DNA from: Neocallimastix sp. 'constans'
Taxonomy: Eukaryota
NCBI GenBank assembly: GCA_050613775.1
Contig: JBODTK010000014.1
Coordinates: 496,001 to 560,000, forward strand
Reading direction: 5' to 3'
Length of the DNA stretch: 64,000 nt
The notes below the pieces were generated by a model that worked only from the letters and a program-made list of their open reading frames with translations, searched no databases and was not told the origin of the DNA. Position 1 is the stretch's first letter; each line of letters starts with the position of its first letter. This document shows positions 44,601 through 59,099 of this stretch, piece by piece. A program made the position numbers and the translations under genes.

Positions 44601-47600
44601 GATAATATTATAATGAATTTTTTTTTTATTTCTATTTTTTATTTTATTATTTTTTTTAACTTTTATCGAGCTAAAAACTTTATAAATTCTTTTTGAATAA
44701 TACTCAAACTTTTTAAACTCTTTATTCTCAAAAATTTAAAATTATTGAATAATATGTCCTATTATTTCATTTATTATAATATTACCGTTGAATTTTTTTT
44801 TTTTTTTGTTAACTTTTTTTTTTATTATATTTTTTTTTATTATATTTTTTTTTATTATATTTTTTTTATTACATATTTTTTTTAAAAAGATCAAAAAAAT
44901 AAAATAAAAAAAAAAAAAAAAAAAAGGAGAGAACGGAACGGAAAGAAAGTGATCTTAAATGAAAATAATGAAAATAAATATTAATTATTAATTATATATA
45001 TTTTTTATTTAATTTTTAATTATATTTTTATTTATAATTATAATTATAATTATATTTATATTTATGTTTTTTTATTAAATAAAATTATTTACTTTTGTTA
45101 ATAATTATCAGATTTTCATTCATTTTATTTATTGTTCAACTATTATGTATTATTTAATGATTCAATTTGTATTATTTAATATCCGTTTTATTATTATTAT
45201 TATTGTTCTTAATATATTTAATAATAAATATATATTTATATAATTTATATAATTTTATTTATAATTATTTTTTTTTATCTATCTAAATAAAAATTGAAAA
45301 TCAACCAATTTTTTTTTCTCTTTATTTTTTATTACTAATAATAATAATAATAAAAATAATAAAAATAATAAAAATAATAATAATAATAATAATAATTTTA
45401 TTATTCAATTATTTATTATTTATTAATTTTTGTAATCTTTAAAAATAATTTGTTTTCCTTATAATTAAATATCTTTTTAAAGTATCCAAAAAAATAAAAA
45501 TAACTAATAAAAAAAAATAAAAAAGTAATAATTGTATAGGATATTGTGAAGCATTTACCCTAAATTAAATAAGTTAATTAAACATTAAATAATTAAATAT
45601 ATTATTAAGTATAAAATAAAAATAAAAATAAAAATAAAAATAAAATTAAATAAATACTACTAAATTAATAAAAATAAATAAATAAATAATAAACAAATAA
45701 ACCAATAATAATAAATAAATGAATAAATAAATAAATAAAAAATTAACCAGATTACTATTTTTATTTAAATATATTAAAAAAAATGTTAAAATTTAACCAT
45801 TCTCCTTAAAAAAAGCCCCCAAAATCCAACCTGATTTTCAAATTATCCGCAAAATTAAATAATATTCATAATTGATAATATCTATAATATTAATTTTCAT
45901 ATTTATAAATTAAACCAACTAAGAATAGAAAAAGGTTAAGAATAATAATTATACATATACAGTTAATTTAAACTATTTTTAAGTAAATTAAAATATATTA
46001 AATTAATATAAAGTATTACACCTTTTCTTTTTTTTTTTCTTTTTTCTTTTAATTTTGTTCTTTTTTATTAATTAAAAATAAATTAATTCATTAAAATTTA
46101 ATCTTTAATAAAATAATATAAAGATAAAATGGCATCCTTTTTTTAATTTTTATTGCCAATTCATTTTATATAGAATAAAGTTTTAATTTTTATTTTATTA
46201 TTATTTTTAGTTTTAATTTTTTTTTAATTTATTTTTTTCTTGGTTAATTTTTCCTTTTTTTAATTAAATATAAATCAATCAATAAATCAATCAATAAATC
46301 AATAAATGAATAATAAAAAGAGAAAAGATAATGATATGAAATAGGAATTTATCTTGTTTCCCATTTCATAACTATTATGATTTTTATACTTGTCCATAAC
46401 AAGTCTTTATATATTTAAATAATAACACTTAAATAAAAATATTTAATTCATTTTTAAATAAAATATTGTTTTATTAATATTCTAATATTTATAGGTAATT
46501 AGTAAACCTTTAATACAATTCTTTTATAACATAATTCTAATAATCAAAATATATAATTAATCAATAATAATTCTAATTTTATTAAAATATTATATACTAA
46601 TTTTACTGGATAATTAGGAACATTTATTAAAGTATTATTTCTAATAACTATTTATACTAATTCTTCATTTTAAAGTTATGTTTATAAACAATTATTTATA
46701 AAATTATTTAACTATTTAATATTTATAATATATTTATTTCTTATTTTTCTTATTAACTTTATTTATATTAATTATTAATTAAATATTTCGTTTCTTATCA
46801 ATAATCAAAATAAAAAAAACTTTTTTTTTTACCAAAATAGAAATTAAAATGGATTATTAAAAAAATTAAACAAATTAAAAAAAATAATAATAATAAAGTG
46901 TAATATTTACATAAAAAAAAAAAAAAAGAAAAAAAGAAAATTAGATTTTCCAAAAAAAAAAAAATAATAATAAAACTTAATAAAATAATAAAAAATAATA
47001 AAGAAATAATAAAATTTAAATAAATATTAAATAAATATTAAATTAAAGATGATTCAATTTATTAATAAATAAAGTTTAACCAGAATATTACCAAATGAAA
47101 ATGATTTTAATTGAAAATATTATTCATAATTAAATATAAAAAGTTTATTCTTTAATTATTCTATTAAATATTTTTTTTTTTTTTTAATTTTTTTATTTTT
47201 TAATTCTCATTTTTTAATTTTTTATTTTCTTAATTTTTATTTTATTATTATTATTATTATATATACATGTTTATCATTTGATTCATAATTATTATTTAAT
47301 AGTTATGATTCACTGATTTTTTTTTTATTTTAAATATTGAAATAATATTATTTATTGAAATAAAGAAGGAATAGCTTGTCATTTTAAATGAAAAAGTAAA
47401 TGGAAATATAAAAGAATAATAAATAAATAAATAAATAATAAATAGAAATAGTAATAAATAATAAATAATATTTAATATTTGATATTTAATAATAAACAGT
47501 TTATTGTTAAAAGATCATTTAATAATGATAAATTTATCTTAATAAATATTAAAAACTTTTGTATTGTCATTATAGCTTTTATTTTGTTTTTCTTTTGTAA

Positions 47601-47827
47601 AGCTATATCAATATAAATATAAATTTATTGTTCCTAATTAATTTTATTTTATTTTATTGTTTTTTTGTTTATTTTTCTTTTACCTTTATAAATAATTCCT
47701 ATTTGAATGTTAAAGGTCATTAATTACATATAAAAAATTCCTTCTTGAATGTTTAAAGTCATTAATAAAAAATTATTAACAGCATATACCTAATTAATTA
47801 ATTAATTATTAAAAATTTCTCCCTTAA

Positions 47828-47863
<36 letters not shown>

Positions 47864-47889
47864 AAAAAGAACCAAATTCAAAAAGTTAA

Positions 47890-48088
47890 TTTTTTATTAA
47901 ATCTATTGAAATGAAATGATTAATCCAAATAATAATTTTTATTTTTATTAAATGTATTGATATGAAATGATTAATCCAAATAATAATTTTTATTTTTATT
48001 AAATGTATTGATATGAAATGATTAATCCAAATAATAATTTTTATTTTTATTAAATGTATTGATATGAAATGATTAATCCAAATAATAA
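47890..48088. repeat. 54-bp tandem repeat, about 3.6 copies
   Basis: TTTTTATTAAATGTATTGATATGAAATGATTAATCCAAATAATAA repeated; appears as an 18-aa periodicity in ORF 47886..48167. Confidence 0.93.
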
Positions 48089-50460
48089 AAATCAATCCAT
48101 TCGATATAATAGATATATAATAGATATAAAAGAGATATATAATAGATTTATAATAAATAAATATCAAATAAAATTAAATAAAAAATAAAAAATAAAAATG
48201 AGAAAAAAATAAAAAATAAAAATGAGAAAAAAATAAAAAAAAAGAATAAATGGAAAAATAATTTTAATTTTATTAAATCATCATAGATTAAAACTTTATT
48301 TTATATGAAAATAGACACTTGTGTAATAATCATAGATTAATTCAGGATAAGGCACGAGTATATATAAATATATATTAATATATATAATAAATTTTATTTA
48401 TTAAGATTTACAACTAATCAATGGAAGTTAAAGAACTTTATTCTATATTTAATTAAATTTATAATTAATTTAAATAAATAATAAAAAATAAAAATTAATA
48501 AATAGATAATAAATATTGAAATTAAAAATAAATTAAAAGATATATTTTTATTAGTAATAAATGATTAATAAATTATAATAATTATAAATAATAAAATAGT
48601 ATTCATTATTAATTATATACATTAGAAATGGTGAAAAGTGAAGATCAAATTATTAATGGATTAATAAACTTATAATAATAAATAATAATTTTATAATTAA
48701 GATCCACATTTATTTTTCTTTCTTTCTTTCTTTTTTTTTTTTTTTCTTGAATTTAATTAAAAAAAAAAAAGGAATAATAAATTCATTATTCCTTTTATTT
48801 CCGGTGACATTATATTATTCCTTTTTTTTTTTTTTATTATTTTTTATTAAAAACAACGTTTATCTATTGTTCTCTACTTTTAATATTATTATTAACGGAT
48901 TATCAATTATTTAGTATTTTAAAATTTTAATAAAAATGTAAATATTAATAATGTAAATTTTAATAATTATATAAACATTTATATTATTTAATAGTTAATT
49001 AAAAAAGTATACAAAGCATTAAAATAAAATAATATTTTAATATTAATAATAATAAAAAAAAAGAAAAATCAAACAAAAATTTAATAATACAGCTCAGTTA
49101 AATGGTGATCTTTTGCATATATATATATACATAAAAGACTATTATACAAAATTTCTTCATTAATTTATCTATATCATGGAATATTAAGTAATAAGAAAAA
49201 GTTTCCTTTTCATAATTTTTTGACAATATATATTATTTTTATAATTATTATTTCAATATAGTAATGAATAATTATAAAAGAAATATAAAGAAATATAAAG
49301 AAATATTTATTAAGAAATTAAAAATTTTATTTTTCATATATTTATTATATTGCTAATAATAATTATAAAAGTAAAAATAAAAAAAAATAATAAATATAAT
49401 TTTATATTTAAAAATGATAAAGATTGTGAAGGATGATCCTGTTTAATTTTTCTTTACTGTTATTTATGTAATTATTATTATTAATTATTAATTATTATTT
49501 ATTATTTATTATTATTTATTATTTATTATTTATTATTATTATTTATTATTAATGCTTATCATAATCAATAATAATTCATATTAATTAATTAATAAAATAT
49601 ATATTTAATTTATTATTATTAATAAATTAAAACAATTAAAATAATAATATAACAATAAATAATAGTAATTATATAATCATATATAATCATTATTCAATTT
49701 ATTCAATATATAAAATAAAAGTTAAAATTTTAATTTAAATAACTATAAAAAAATAAAAAAAAAAAAAAGAAAAAAGATGAAAAAATAAATGTACATTTTA
49801 AACATTTTAAAATATTAATGTCAATTTTTACAAAATTTTAATATTTTGTTAAAATTAAAATAAAAAAAAAAAAGTAATTAAATTTAATTATAATTAAAGG
49901 ATGATTATCTTCTTAAATTAAACCATTTTTATTAAAATTTGCAAATCTTTTATTAAAATAGTTTATTTTTCTTTTTTAATTAATTTTTAATATAAGAGAA
50001 ATTTAATTTTTTAGTCTGTCTTTCTATTGGATGGATTTCATTCAAATTTATTATGAATTAAAGTTTCCTACTATAGAGATTAGGTTATTCATATTGATGT
50101 CACTTTTTTATAATGCTTAATTTTTATTTAGCTATATTAATTTTAAATTAAAAATAAATAATAATATTTAATAATACTATGAATATATTTATATATAATT
50201 TTCATTTTTATTAATTTTTTTTATTATTATTTATCATCTATATTAAAAAAAAAAAAAAAACTTTAAATAATATTTAATATTATTTTAATCATTATTATTA
50301 TTATCATTATTTATTTTTTTTTTAATTAATTAATTAATTAATGGTATAATTTTTATATTATTATTATTATTTTTTTTTATCGTTTATTAATGAATAGAAA
50401 ATGATTAGCTTAATCATTTAATTAATAAATATATATTAATTAAACATATTTTAAAAAATA

Positions 50461-50470
50461 GTATATAAAG
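50461..50470 (+). promoter_or_regulatory. Possible TATA box for the Thr/Lys-rich gene
   Basis: GTATATAAAG followed by AGAGGAAGTC about 530 bp upstream of the ATG. A possible 5' UTR intron runs from GT near 50556 to TAG at 50902. Weak evidence in such AT-rich DNA. Confidence 0.3.
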
Positions 50471-50996
50471 AGAGGAAGTCTCAAAAATATTTTTTTTTCT
50501 CAAATAAATCTTCATTTTTTACTTTTTATAATAATATAAATAGTAAATAAGCTTGGTAAAAGATTATTTGATATAATCTTAGATTTATTTTTGAAGTTTT
50601 TTTTTTTTTTTTAAAAAAAAAGTAAAAACGTGAATATTATACTTTTATTATAATAAAATATTAATTTAATAATAAATAACATAAATATTTTTTATAATTA
50701 ATAATATCTTCTTTCTTTTTTGGAATAAAAAAAAAAGATATTATTAGTGTATTAGTTAAAAAAATATAAATTTAAAAAAGTATATATAATAAATAAAAAA
50801 GTAAAAATAAAATAAAAAAAACTAAAATAAAAATAGAATAAATAAATATAAATAATTTAAATTTTTTTTTCAAAAAAAAAAAAAAATAAACCAATATTAT
50901 AGAATTTTTATAAAAAAAATAAAATCAATTTTTATAAATATATAAATAAATATAAATACAAAAATAAATAAATAAAAGTATAATAGTAAAAATAAA

Positions 50997-53048
50997 ATGA
51001 GATTCAGTAAAGTATTATTTGCTTGTATTGTAGCTTTAGCCTTCCATGCTGAAGCAATTGAAGGTGCTACTACTAAAACTCTTCCAAATACAAGAACCAA
51101 AACGGTTCCAAAGCTAACTACTAAAACTATTCCTTCTAAAACTAAAACAGTTCCAAAACTTACTACATCTACTTCACTTACTTTAAAGACTAAAAGTCTT
51201 CCAATTACAAAAACTAAAACTGTTCCAAAACTTACTACCCTTTCTTCCACTACTACTACTCCAGAAAAGAAGACTAAGAGTCTTCCACCAACTAAAACTA
51301 AGACTGTTCCAAAGCTTACTACTCTCTCTTCCACTAAAACTAGTAAGACTATTCCAAAGAAGACTAAGACTGTTCCAAAACTTACTACCACTACCACCAC
51401 TACTACTACTGTCGCTAACAGTAAGACCAAAACTCTTCCAACCAAGACAAAGACTGTTCCAAAGTTAACTAGAACAAAGACTGTTCCAAAGGTCTCCTCT
51501 ACTTCTCTTAGTAAGACTAAGACTATTCCAACTAAGACCAAGACTGTTCCAAAGTTTACCACCGTTTCTTCTACTAAGACTAGTAAGACTATTCCAACCA
51601 AGACCAAGACTGTTCCAAAGTTAACTAGTACTAAGACTGTTCCAAAGGTCTCCTCTACTTCTCTTAGTAAGACTAAGACTATTCCAACTAAGACCAAGAC
51701 TGTTCCAAAGCTTACTTCTGTCTCATCCACTAAGACTAGTAAGACTGTTCCAACCAAGACCAAGACTGTTCCAAAGTTAACTAGTACTAAGACTGTTCCA
51801 AAGGTCTCTTCTACTTCTGTTAGTAAGACTAAGACTCTTCCATTAACTAAGACTAAGACTGTTCCAAAGCTTACTTCCGTCTCTTCCACTAAGACTAGTA
51901 AGACTATTCCAACCAAGACCAAGACTGTTCCAAAGCTTACTTCCGTTTCTTCTACTAAGACTAGTAAGACTATTCCAACCAAGACCAAGACTGTTCCAAA
52001 GCTTACTTCCGTTTCTTCTACTAAGACTAGTAAGACTATTCCAACCAAGACCAAGACTGTTCCAAAGGTAACTAGTACTAAGACTGTTCCAAAGGTCACC
52101 TCTACCTCTGTTAGTAAGACTAAGACTCTTCCATTAACTAAGACTAAGACTGTTCCAAAGCTTACTTCCGTTTCTTCTACTAAGACTAGTAAGACTATTC
52201 CAACCAAGACCAAGACTGTTCCAAAGGTAACTAGTACTAAGACTGTTCCAAAGGTCACCTCTACCTCTGTTAGTAAGACTAAGACTCTTCCATTAACTAA
52301 GACTAAGACTGTTCCAAAGCTTACTTCTGTCTCTTCCACTAAGACTAGTAAGACAATTCCAACCAAGACCAAGACTGTTCCAAAGCTTACTTCTGTCTCT
52401 TCCACTAAGACTAGTAAGACTGTTCCAACTAAGACCAAGACTGTTCCAAAGGTCACCTCTACTTCTCTTAGTAAGACTAAGACTCTTCCATTAACTAAGA
52501 CTAAGACTGTTCCAAAGATTACTTCCGTTTCTTCCACTAAAACTAGTAAGACAGTTCCAACTAAGACCAAGACTGTTCCAAAGATTACTTCCGTTTCTTC
52601 CACTAAAACTAGTAAGACAGTTCCAACTAAGACCAAGACTGTTCCAAAGATTACTTCCGTTTCTTCCACTAAGACTAGTAAGACTGTTCCAACTAAGACC
52701 AAGACTGTTCCAAAGGTAACTAGTACTAAGACTGTTCCAAAACTTACTACTACAACTACTGCTGGTAAAACTACTAAGACTGTTCCAAAAAAGACAAAGA
52801 CCGTTCCAAAGATTACCACTACTACAACTACTACCACTAGAAAAACCACCACCACAACTACTACCACTCAAAAGCCACAACCAACTCAACAATCAACTAA
52901 CTGTGCTAAGGACGATTGGGCTTGTAAACAAAAGAAGTCTGATGCTTGTTACGCTGAATTGAGTGCTTGCTGGAGTCAACCATGGTCTGAAAGATTAAAT
53001 GTTGAATGTAATGCTATCAATGAAAGATGTTCAAAGATTTGGAATTAA
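50997..53048 (+). CDS. Secreted Thr/Lys-rich repetitive (mucin-like, basic) protein with a C-terminal 6-Cys module, 683 aa
   Basis: Signal peptide-like MRFSKVLFACIVALAFHAEA; dozens of TKTKTVPK-type repeats; strong codon bias (ACT/ACC, AAG, CCA, GTT); C-terminal CAKDDWACKQKKSDACYAELSACWSQPWSERLNVECNAINERCSKIWN; no introns in the CDS. Confidence 0.93.
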   Translation: MRFSKVLFACIVALAFHAEAIEGATTKTLPNTRTKTVPKLTTKTIPSKTKTVPKLTTSTSLTLKTKSLPITKTKTVPKLTTLSSTTTTPEKKTKSLPPTKTKTVPKLTTLSSTKTSKTIPKKTKTVPKLTTTTTTTTTVANSKTKTLPTKTKTVPKLTRTKTVPKVSSTSLSKTKTIPTKTKTVPKFTTVSSTKTSKTIPTKTKTVPKLTSTKTVPKVSSTSLSKTKTIPTKTKTVPKLTSVSSTKTSKTVPTKTKTVPKLTSTKTVPKVSSTSVSKTKTLPLTKTKTVPKLTSVSSTKTSKTIPTKTKTVPKLTSVSSTKTSKTIPTKTKTVPKLTSVSSTKTSKTIPTKTKTVPKVTSTKTVPKVTSTSVSKTKTLPLTKTKTVPKLTSVSSTKTSKTIPTKTKTVPKVTSTKTVPKVTSTSVSKTKTLPLTKTKTVPKLTSVSSTKTSKTIPTKTKTVPKLTSVSSTKTSKTVPTKTKTVPKVTSTSLSKTKTLPLTKTKTVPKITSVSSTKTSKTVPTKTKTVPKITSVSSTKTSKTVPTKTKTVPKITSVSSTKTSKTVPTKTKTVPKVTSTKTVPKLTTTTTAGKTTKTVPKKTKTVPKITTTTTTTTRKTTTTTTTTQKPQPTQQSTNCAKDDWACKQKKSDACYAELSACWSQPWSERLNVECNAINERCSKIWN

Positions 53049-54166
53049 AAATAGATTTTTTTTTTAAAAAAAAAAAAAACAGCATATATTAGTAATATAT
53101 ATATAAATATGTTTTTTTTCTAAAATTTAATATTAGATTATAAAGAATGGAAACATATATGTATATACATATTATTTTATTTCCTTATTTTTAAAATGAT
53201 TTTTCTAAATATTTAATAGTTAGATAATAAATCAATAAATACTTTAATTAGTAATAAAATATTAATTTTAGTATAAATTATAGAAAAGATTGTTTTAAAA
53301 TATAAAAGATTAAATATAAGATATTTAAAAAAACATAAAATTTTATTTCCTTTTTATTTTTATTTTACTAAAAAACATTCATATAAAAAAAATATATATT
53401 TTAAATAACTAGAGAATATTTAAAAAATAAAAAAAAAAATGTAAATGTAAAAAAAAAATCGTTAAAACAAGAGATGTATTAAATTAATGATTTAAGATTA
53501 TAAATCTTTATATAAAAGTTTATAAAAAAATTTTATATTTTTGTTTAAAAAATATAATAAAATAAAAAATAAAAATATTAAAAAAAAAAAAAAATTTTTT
53601 TCAAATATAAAAAAATATAAATATATAAATAAAATCAATATTACAATATATATATATATATATAAATAGGAATTCAACCAAAAAAAATAAAATAAAATAA
53701 AATAACAGTATTTAAAAAAAAAATTATTATTTAAATGTAAAAATATAAATAAATAGCTATAATAATAGTAATAAAAAAATTCAAATATTTTTCAATAAAG
53801 TAAATAAATATATAAAATAAAAATAAATTATAATAAAAATATATGTTCTTTCAAAATAAAATAAAATAAAATAAAAAAAAAAAGTAAATTTTTTTAAATA
53901 AATAAATAAAAATAAAAATTGTTATAATATTTATAATATTAATTATGAATAAAATAAAACCCTTAATTTTATTTTACACTTTTTTTTTTTTTTTTTTTTT
54001 TTTGAATTTTGTATGAAATATTTTATGGCTATTGAAATTCTTTATGAAAAAAATTTTTTTCACAATTTTCAAACATTGTTTAATATTAAATAGTAATGAA
54101 GACACTGTTGTCGCAGATATAAATAATATAGAATCAAGTTTTGATTCTGATAGTAATAACGAAGAG

Positions 54167-54197
<31 letters not shown>

Positions 54198-54871
54198 GCA
54201 ATAGCAATAATATTATTAGTAATAGAAATATTTAGTGATAGTGAAAATAATAGTATCGTTACTAATAATGTAGGGGATTAGTAGTAGTGAATTAGTGAAA
54301 TATTTTCCCTAATTCTTATTTTCTTTCCATATTTTCCATATTTTCCCAAAAATAAGAATTTCATAGAAAATGTTTTTCTTTCATAATTAATTAAGAGGAA
54401 AAAAAATTTTAAATAAAAATAAATGAATAATAACAACTAGCATAACAACAATAATAATAATAATAATAATTTATTCAATTTTTTTTCCTTAGTTTCAAAA
54501 AAAAATTTTTTTCAGTAAAAATTTTAAAATATCTAAACAAAAGAAAAAAGAAAAAATTCTCTAAATTAGAACTTAAGATTAATATTCAACTCTATTCATA
54601 TTAAATCCGGTCAGATGAACTTTTTTTTTTAAAAACCACTTTTATATGTAAATTTGACCATTTTAAATAAAAATAAATAGTCAAATCGTTTTTATTTTAT
54701 CTAATTAACTTGAATTAATTAACTTGAATATATATATTATTTTAATTTATTTTATTATTCTTTTATATTATGTTAAATTATATTTTTATTTTTTATTTTT
54801 TATTTTTTTTTTTTATTTTATTTTATTTTGAATATAAAAATATTAATTTTTTTTATTTTTTATTTTATTTT

Positions 54872-54904
<33 letters not shown>

Positions 54905-57028
54905 TTTGAATATAAAAATATTATTTTTTTTATTTTAATTTTTTATTTTATTTTATTTTAATTATTTTTATTTTCTTTTTCTATTATTATTATTGTTTTT
55001 TTTATTTTATATTTTATTTTAATTTTTGAATATAAAAATGTTAATAATTTTTATTTTACTTTATTTTTTTTTTTTATTTTATTATTATTATTATTATTGT
55101 TATTATTATTATTATTATTATTTTTTGAATATAAAATATTTCTTATTTTTTATTTTTTATTTTATTTTATTTCATAATATTTTTTTATTTTTTATTTTAT
55201 TTTATTTCATAATATTTTTTTATTTGTTTATTTTATTTTATTTCATAATATTTTTATTATTTATTTTATGTTATTTCATAATATTTTTTATTATTTATTT
55301 TGTTTTATTTCATAATATTTTTTATTATTTATTTTATGTTATTTCATAATATTTTTTATTATTTATTTTATTTTATTTCATAATATTTTTTATTTATTTA
55401 TTTGTTTATTTTATTTTATTTCATAATATTTTTTATTTATTTATTTGTTTATTTTATTTTATTTCATAATATTTTTTATTATTTATTTTATGTTATTTTA
55501 TTTTTTTTTGAATATAAAAATATTGATATTTTTTTATTTTTTATTTTATTTTATTTTATTTTTTTTGTTGTTGTTACTGACAGTGTAATCTTTAAATTTC
55601 ATTGGTTTCCATTAACTAAAGCATCTTTAATGCAAAATATAGACTCCCTGAAAAGTCATTTATTGTTTTTTTTTTTTTTTTTTTAGTAAATTTGGTTAAT
55701 TCCTTAAGAGTTGTGGAATTATCCTCAATAACTAGGTTAAAAATCTTTCTTTGATGTTAGAATCTTTATCATAGTATCCTTTATTGATTTATAGTTGATG
55801 TCAATAATGTTTTAAAGTATCTTATCCAGAATTGGTTGTTTTATCTAGTTGGACCATCACATTATTCAGAGTTAGTTAAGCTGAGCTATTAATGCCATTA
55901 ATGATCTTGAGAGTTTTCTTCACTGACTTCTTTATACCCTTTTTTTTTTTTTTTTATTAATATCAACTTTTAATTATAGATAATTACTGATAAAATTGTT
56001 TAATGATTTTTATCAAACAATTTTTTGTGGAGGTGCCTTGATTATTTTTTTTTTTTTTTTGTTCTTAGTTTGGTCGGTAAGGAATGGGCTTCTTACCTCA
56101 GGTGGAAAGATATTATTTATATGTTCTTATAAATTGACCAAATTGAGCTGGTTCATGTTTTCCTACAATATGTCACATTGCATGATTTACTTTGCTGAGA
56201 TATTTTAAAAAATCTATTTTATATAAGAATTTTATATATTTATAATATTTTAAAAATGTAATTATTTAATAGTTTAATAATAAATTTTTAAACTAAATAA
56301 ACATTTCAATTATTTAATTAATTCATTTATTATTAATCAATTAATTAGCATTTTTCATTAAATAAATATTTTATGAATTTATGAAAATTAAATGACCAAT
56401 TTTATAAATATATGTCACGTTACTTAATTTAGCAAAAACATAAATCAATGTTTTGAATAACATTAATTTATTTAAAGATATAATTGTTAATTTTTCTTAT
56501 TATTATTTACTCTGACCAATGGAATAATTTTTTGTAATAATTACGATTATAATGTTTATAATTATTTTCATGACTTGATCGAGATCGGTCGTTTTTGTTG
56601 GAATTTCTTAGTTATTTTTTTACAAATGTTGGATTGTCTAATTGTATTTTTTGATATTAATAGAATTTTTCAAATATATATATATATATAAAAATACAGG
56701 TTGTATCAATACTCTTTCTAAAAGTCGTTGGAAATACTTTATTAGGATTTTTTGAATTTCTTATTAATATTTTGGATGGAATTCCATTATTTTTATTTTA
56801 TATATTGAAATAATTTTACTTGCATCATCATTTAACTTTTGAAATTGAAATTGAAATGAGATTTTGAAATTTAAATTTTTAAAGTTTATATAGTAAATTA
56901 TTAAATTTAATATTATTGTATATCTATATCTATATTTATAATTTTTTTTATATATGTATTGTTTATATCTTAACATATCATTCGTCATGTAATTTATTTT
57001 CATTGTCATTTAAAATAAAATAAATAAA

Positions 57029-57531
57029 TGTAAAATGTTGTAATGGAAACAGATTACAAATAAAAACTATCTAAAACTAAACAATAATTAATTTAATAAA
57101 CTTTCAACTTATTTGCAATAATAATTGATTTCAATAAGAACTCATTTATTATTTATTTATTATTTAAATATTATTAATACTAATGTTTATATATTTACAA
57201 TTCAAAACTATTTTTGTAAACTATTTAAACTAATTTTAACTATTTAAAACTATTCCGAAATTAATTTTAAAGTATTTTAAACTAACTAAATTAATTATCT
57301 AAATTAAAATAACTAAATTAAAATAAACTAAATTAACTAACTTAAATAAATAAATTATTTAGATTAAATATTTATTATCCAAAATTATTTAAATAATAAT
57401 TTATCCTTTATGAAAAGTTTACATAAATGTATAATTAGTTTTCATATACGTAAATTATAAATTTATGTAATTTTATTAAATTAATTAATTATTATATAAT
57501 TAATTATTAAAGATTTTATTAAATCTTTACA
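57029..57531 (-). repeat. 3' LTR of the chromovirus fragment (internally deleted relative to 30766-31522)
   Basis: Ends ..TCTTTACA at 57531, adjacent to the PPT CTTAAAGGGCGAGTA (minus, 57546-57532); shares GAAACAGATTACAAATAA near the other end. Confidence 0.88.
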
Positions 57532-58590
57532 TACTCGCCCTTTAAGTTGAGCTCCTGCGAACTAAGAGTTCAATCTTCGAGAAGGAATGTCAAAGACAAA
57601 TGGTTGATATTTATGCCTAATGTATTCTTCATTAAAAATCTTTATCACCATCATCAATCTCATTTCATCTATTCCTTTTATAGATATGTGATAGTATTCT
57701 TGAAGTAGATGTCTATCTCATTAATTTGATTCTTCATCGATCCAAGAATCTTCAACAGAATCAAGGCCTTTCCAAGATACGAGGAAACGATTTTTTTTCC
57801 TCTATATGTCCTCATATCAATAATTCTTTCAGGAACCTTATCTATGGTGTCGGTAGTTAACTTAATATTCTTTCTTTTCCTATTATTTCTGTCAGTAAAT
57901 TCATTTTCAGGGTACGGTTCCAGTAAAGATACATGAAAAACAGGGTGACAACGCACATTACTTGGTAACTTGAGTTCGTAGGCTAATGAACTAACTTTCC
58001 TCACAATTTCAAAGGAACCAAGCATTTGGTCGGCTAATTTCTTCCTTACATTCTTAGTTGTACTTCCTTTTGAGTAACCAGACTTTTTTTACCGACTTAA
58101 AAATCAGGTGTAGGTAATCTCTTAAGATCAGCCTATTCTTTTTATAAGTTTCTTTAAGCTGACTTTAAATTTTCCTTTAAAAATTTAATATTTTCATTTA
58201 TATCTTTTTTACTCTTACATCCGCTCTATGAGGCTTATCTAAGGATGGAATTTCTTGACTAAATTTTGGATTATATCCATAGTTTGCAAAAAAAACGGTG
58301 ACGGATTGATTGATTGTTGCAAAGTATTATTATAGGCGAATTCGGCAAAAAAGCAGTAAGTCAACCCAATTATTTTATCATTCATTTATGAAACAACGGA
58401 GATATTGTTTCAATATTCCGTTCACCCTCTCCGTTTGACCATCAGTCTGCGGATGGTTCGAAGTGGAGAATGACACCTTAATGTTGAATAATTCGCAAAA
58501 GACGATTCCAAAAAAATCAGAAGTAAATTGCGTACCTCTATCTCTATCCGAAACAATGGAATCAGGAAAGCCATATAACTGTAACAAATC
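57532..58590 (-). pseudogene. Chromovirus (Ty3/gypsy) integrase C-terminal half plus chromodomain, frameshifted
   Basis: GFPDSIVSDR..GTQFTS, HPQTDGQTERVN..LKQYLR, GPY/F-type GSFEIVRKVSSLAYELKLP..HPVFHVSLL, chromodomain VPERIIDMR / RFLVSWKGLDSVEDSWIDE. Confidence 0.93.
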
Positions 58591-59099
58591 TTAATGTTAC
58601 TTAAGATTGTTTTAAGGTTTTTTACACAAAAGGTTCTCGACACTAAAGTAATTCAAAATATATTTTATTAAAATAAGTTTTTTTATTAATAAAAATGTAT
58701 AAATTATTATTTTATTAATTAATTATTGTAATATTTTAAATTACTTTAAAATTAATTAATAAAAGCACAAGTAAAAACATTTTATTATGAAATTTTACAC
58801 CTATTTATAGTTTTTCAGGAAAATTAATTATTTTAAGTTATCAGTTGTTATTAGTAGTTATTAGAAATAAAAGAAAATTAAAGAAAATTAAAGAAAACAA
58901 GTTTTCTTTCTAGAAAATGAATCTTAGATAAAAAATGATAAAAAATATTAATATAATAGATTTTTCTAGTTTTATCGGTTCAATTGTTTAACCGATAAAC
59001 ACTAGTTATTACTTTAATATTCTAGTTATAATAAATAAAAAGTTGTTAAATTTTGGAAAAAGTGGGTGTCGAACCCTAAGAGTTCAGCCCGATGGTTAC

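Noticed and set aside
50897..52892. 656-aa Val-rich and 133-aa minus-strand ORFs
   Set aside because: Antisense shadows of the Thr/Lys repeat gene; the plus frame has the signal peptide, codon bias and Cys module.
53974..56208. Short ORFs and coding-like patches after the Thr/Lys gene
   Set aside because: Mostly T-rich low complexity; 55570-56210 may be a relic but has no identifiable motif.
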